A stretch of DNA of 64,000 bases from Andalucia godoyi And28 (taxonomy: Eukaryota; Protista; Jakobida): positions 124,001 through 188,000 of the forward strand of contig VRVR01000050.1 in assembly GCA_009859145.1 (NCBI GenBank), given 5' to 3'. The translations under genes were made by a program, and so were the position numbers. The notes beneath the pieces were generated by a model. The model was not told where the DNA came from, did not search any database, and worked only from the letters and a program-made list of their open reading frames with translations. Position 1 is the first letter of the stretch; each line of letters begins with the position of its first letter. This document shows, in pieces, positions 62,825 through 64,000 of the stretch.

Positions 62825-64000
62825 ATGGATGCGCGCCATAAAACAGACAGTGCAAAAAATTCGGGTGGTTTCAGACCCATCAACAATTCCCGAATCGACC
62901 GTATGCATCCTGAATGGGACCGCGCGCTCCAGTCCCATCTCGACGGCCTCGTCGAAGAGTGCGATGACGAGAAGGAGCATGCGCAGCGGGTATCGGCTGC
63001 GCTGTCCTTTCTCCTCGCTGCCTCTTCCCCGTTTGTTTTCTCGTCGCTAGCATCAACTCCGAACCCGCGGCTAGCATCAATTCCCCTCGACAAGGACTGC
63101 GACGAGGACGACGGCGGCGCGGAGAGCGAGGCGCATGTGCACTACCTCGCGCACTGCTACACCCGCCGCGGCGCCTATCTGGTGCGCGCCCTTGCAGTCC
63201 TTCCTCGGGTGGCAGCAGCATCAAGTGATGCTACACGTGCACTGCTGGTGGATGCTTCTTCGATGATGTCGTGTCCCGGGCTGCCTGCTACTTTACAGTT
63301 TGCCCGTCTGTTTCATCCGCACGCAATGACTCTGCTGTACCACCCGTCCGCGGCCGATATTCTCATGGCTCTTGCGTCGCTCCTCGTGGCCCCTCCACCG
63401 CCGCTTCTCGCTCCTCTTGTGTCACCTGCGGCGTGGACGGTGGTGTGGATCGCGGCGACCGTGGACCGACACGTCTCGACGCATGCGCTGTCGCTGCATC
63501 CTGCATCGGCGTCGACGGAAGAAGCGGCTGGGGCTGGGGCTGGGGCTGGGGCGGGGGGTCGAGGGCGTGGACGGGCAATGGGGAAGGAGGGCGAGATGCT
63601 CTGGGTCGTGGGCGACTTGATGCCGTTTGCCCGTCGCGGAATGCCAATGCTCGTTGTGCTTTCCACTCCGCTTTCCTCGGATCCGGTCTCGCTGACGCGT
63701 TCTTACAGCGATACCTGCTGCAATGACACGCGCAATTTCAATGACGCCGACAGCTACAACGCGCACAGCCAAGGTGGAGGTTTACGTGATGGCGCTGGCG
63801 GTAATGAAGATCGTGATGGGGGAGTGAGACGGACGAGAAGGAAAGACGCAGAAGCAGCTGACGAGTGCTGCATGGTATGCATCCATGGCCCCGGCGATCT
63901 CTTTCCGGTCTTTCTGTCCAGTCCCTCACTCGCCCTCTCTCTCGTTCTCGATCCTCTTCACCACTCTTCTTCTACTCAATCCCAACCGCAGCACCGCAGA
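62825..64000 (+). CDS. Hypothetical protein, 3'-truncated by the window end (absent from the ORF track)
   Basis: The frame from ATG 62825 (or 62903, MHPEWDRALQSHL) stays open with no stop to base 64000; protein-like composition. Confidence 0.7.
   Translation, partial: MDARHKTDSAKNSGGFRPINNSRIDRMHPEWDRALQSHLDGLVEECDDEKEHAQRVSAALSFLLAASSPFVFSSLASTPNPRLASIPLDKDCDEDDGGAESEAHVHYLAHCYTRRGAYLVRALAVLPRVAAASSDATRALLVDASSMMSCPGLPATLQFARLFHPHAMTLLYHPSAADILMALASLLVAPPPPLLAPLVSPAAWTVVWIAATVDRHVSTHALSLHPASASTEEAAGAGAGAGAGGRGRGRAMGKEGEMLWVVGDLMPFARRGMPMLVVLSTPLSSDPVSLTRSYSDTCCNDTRNFNDADSYNAHSQGGGLRDGAGGNEDRDGGVRRTRRKDAEAADECCMVCIHGPGDLFPVFLSSPSLALSLVLDPLHHSSSTQSQPQHRR

Noticed and set aside
1141-63929. The many 60-270 aa ORFs antisense to or nested in long genes
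   Set aside because: Shadow ORFs of GC-balanced coding sequence, with no motifs of their own.
1-64000. CRISPR array, rRNA, alternative genetic code, autonomous transposase/TnpA, RT
   Set aside because: No regularly spaced repeat-spacer array or rRNA-like sequence seen. Conserved genes read through in the standard code. No serine recombinase, DDE or RT motifs were found.

Overview
Gene-dense, intron-poor eukaryotic nuclear DNA, most likely from a mitochondriate protist. I cannot assign the taxon from sequence alone. The standard code reads all long ORFs, and the few short spliceosomal introns (54-150 nt) have GT[A/T][T/C]G donors and T-rich acceptors. The window holds about 30 protein genes, including a G-protein alpha subunit, DPM2, SCOT/OXCT1, REV3, TMCO1, MBF1, a DHHC palmitoyltransferase, an XLF-like protein, IVD, uL22m, a class II HDAC and transporters, plus tRNA-Asp(GTC) and tRNA-Thr(AGT). 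The most striking accessory signal is a dispersed family of at least six degenerate Fanzor2/IS607-TnpB-derived elements in intergenic gaps (26.35-26.86, 40.14-40.65, 40.65-40.9, 45.28-45.56, 45.70-46.0 and 58.33-58.77 kb). They carry broken RuvC-II, Zn-finger and RuvC-III motifs. Five end at the same TGTA(C/T)N3RYAGGCG boundary, and the family keeps a covarying omegaRNA-like 3' structure. Three copies are about 450-500 bp non-autonomous derivatives sharing one deletion that joins the HTH directly to RuvC-III. No intact nuclease or TnpA lies in the window. Other notable items are an intronless, apparently intact T4 Rnl2-family RNA ligase, a bacterial-type ROK sugar kinase, a MAP70-like coiled-coil protein, a TPR-SET protein with degenerate catalytic motifs, and a decayed ankyrin-like region beside tRNA-Asp. 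All family assignments come from motif recognition by eye; no database searches were run.
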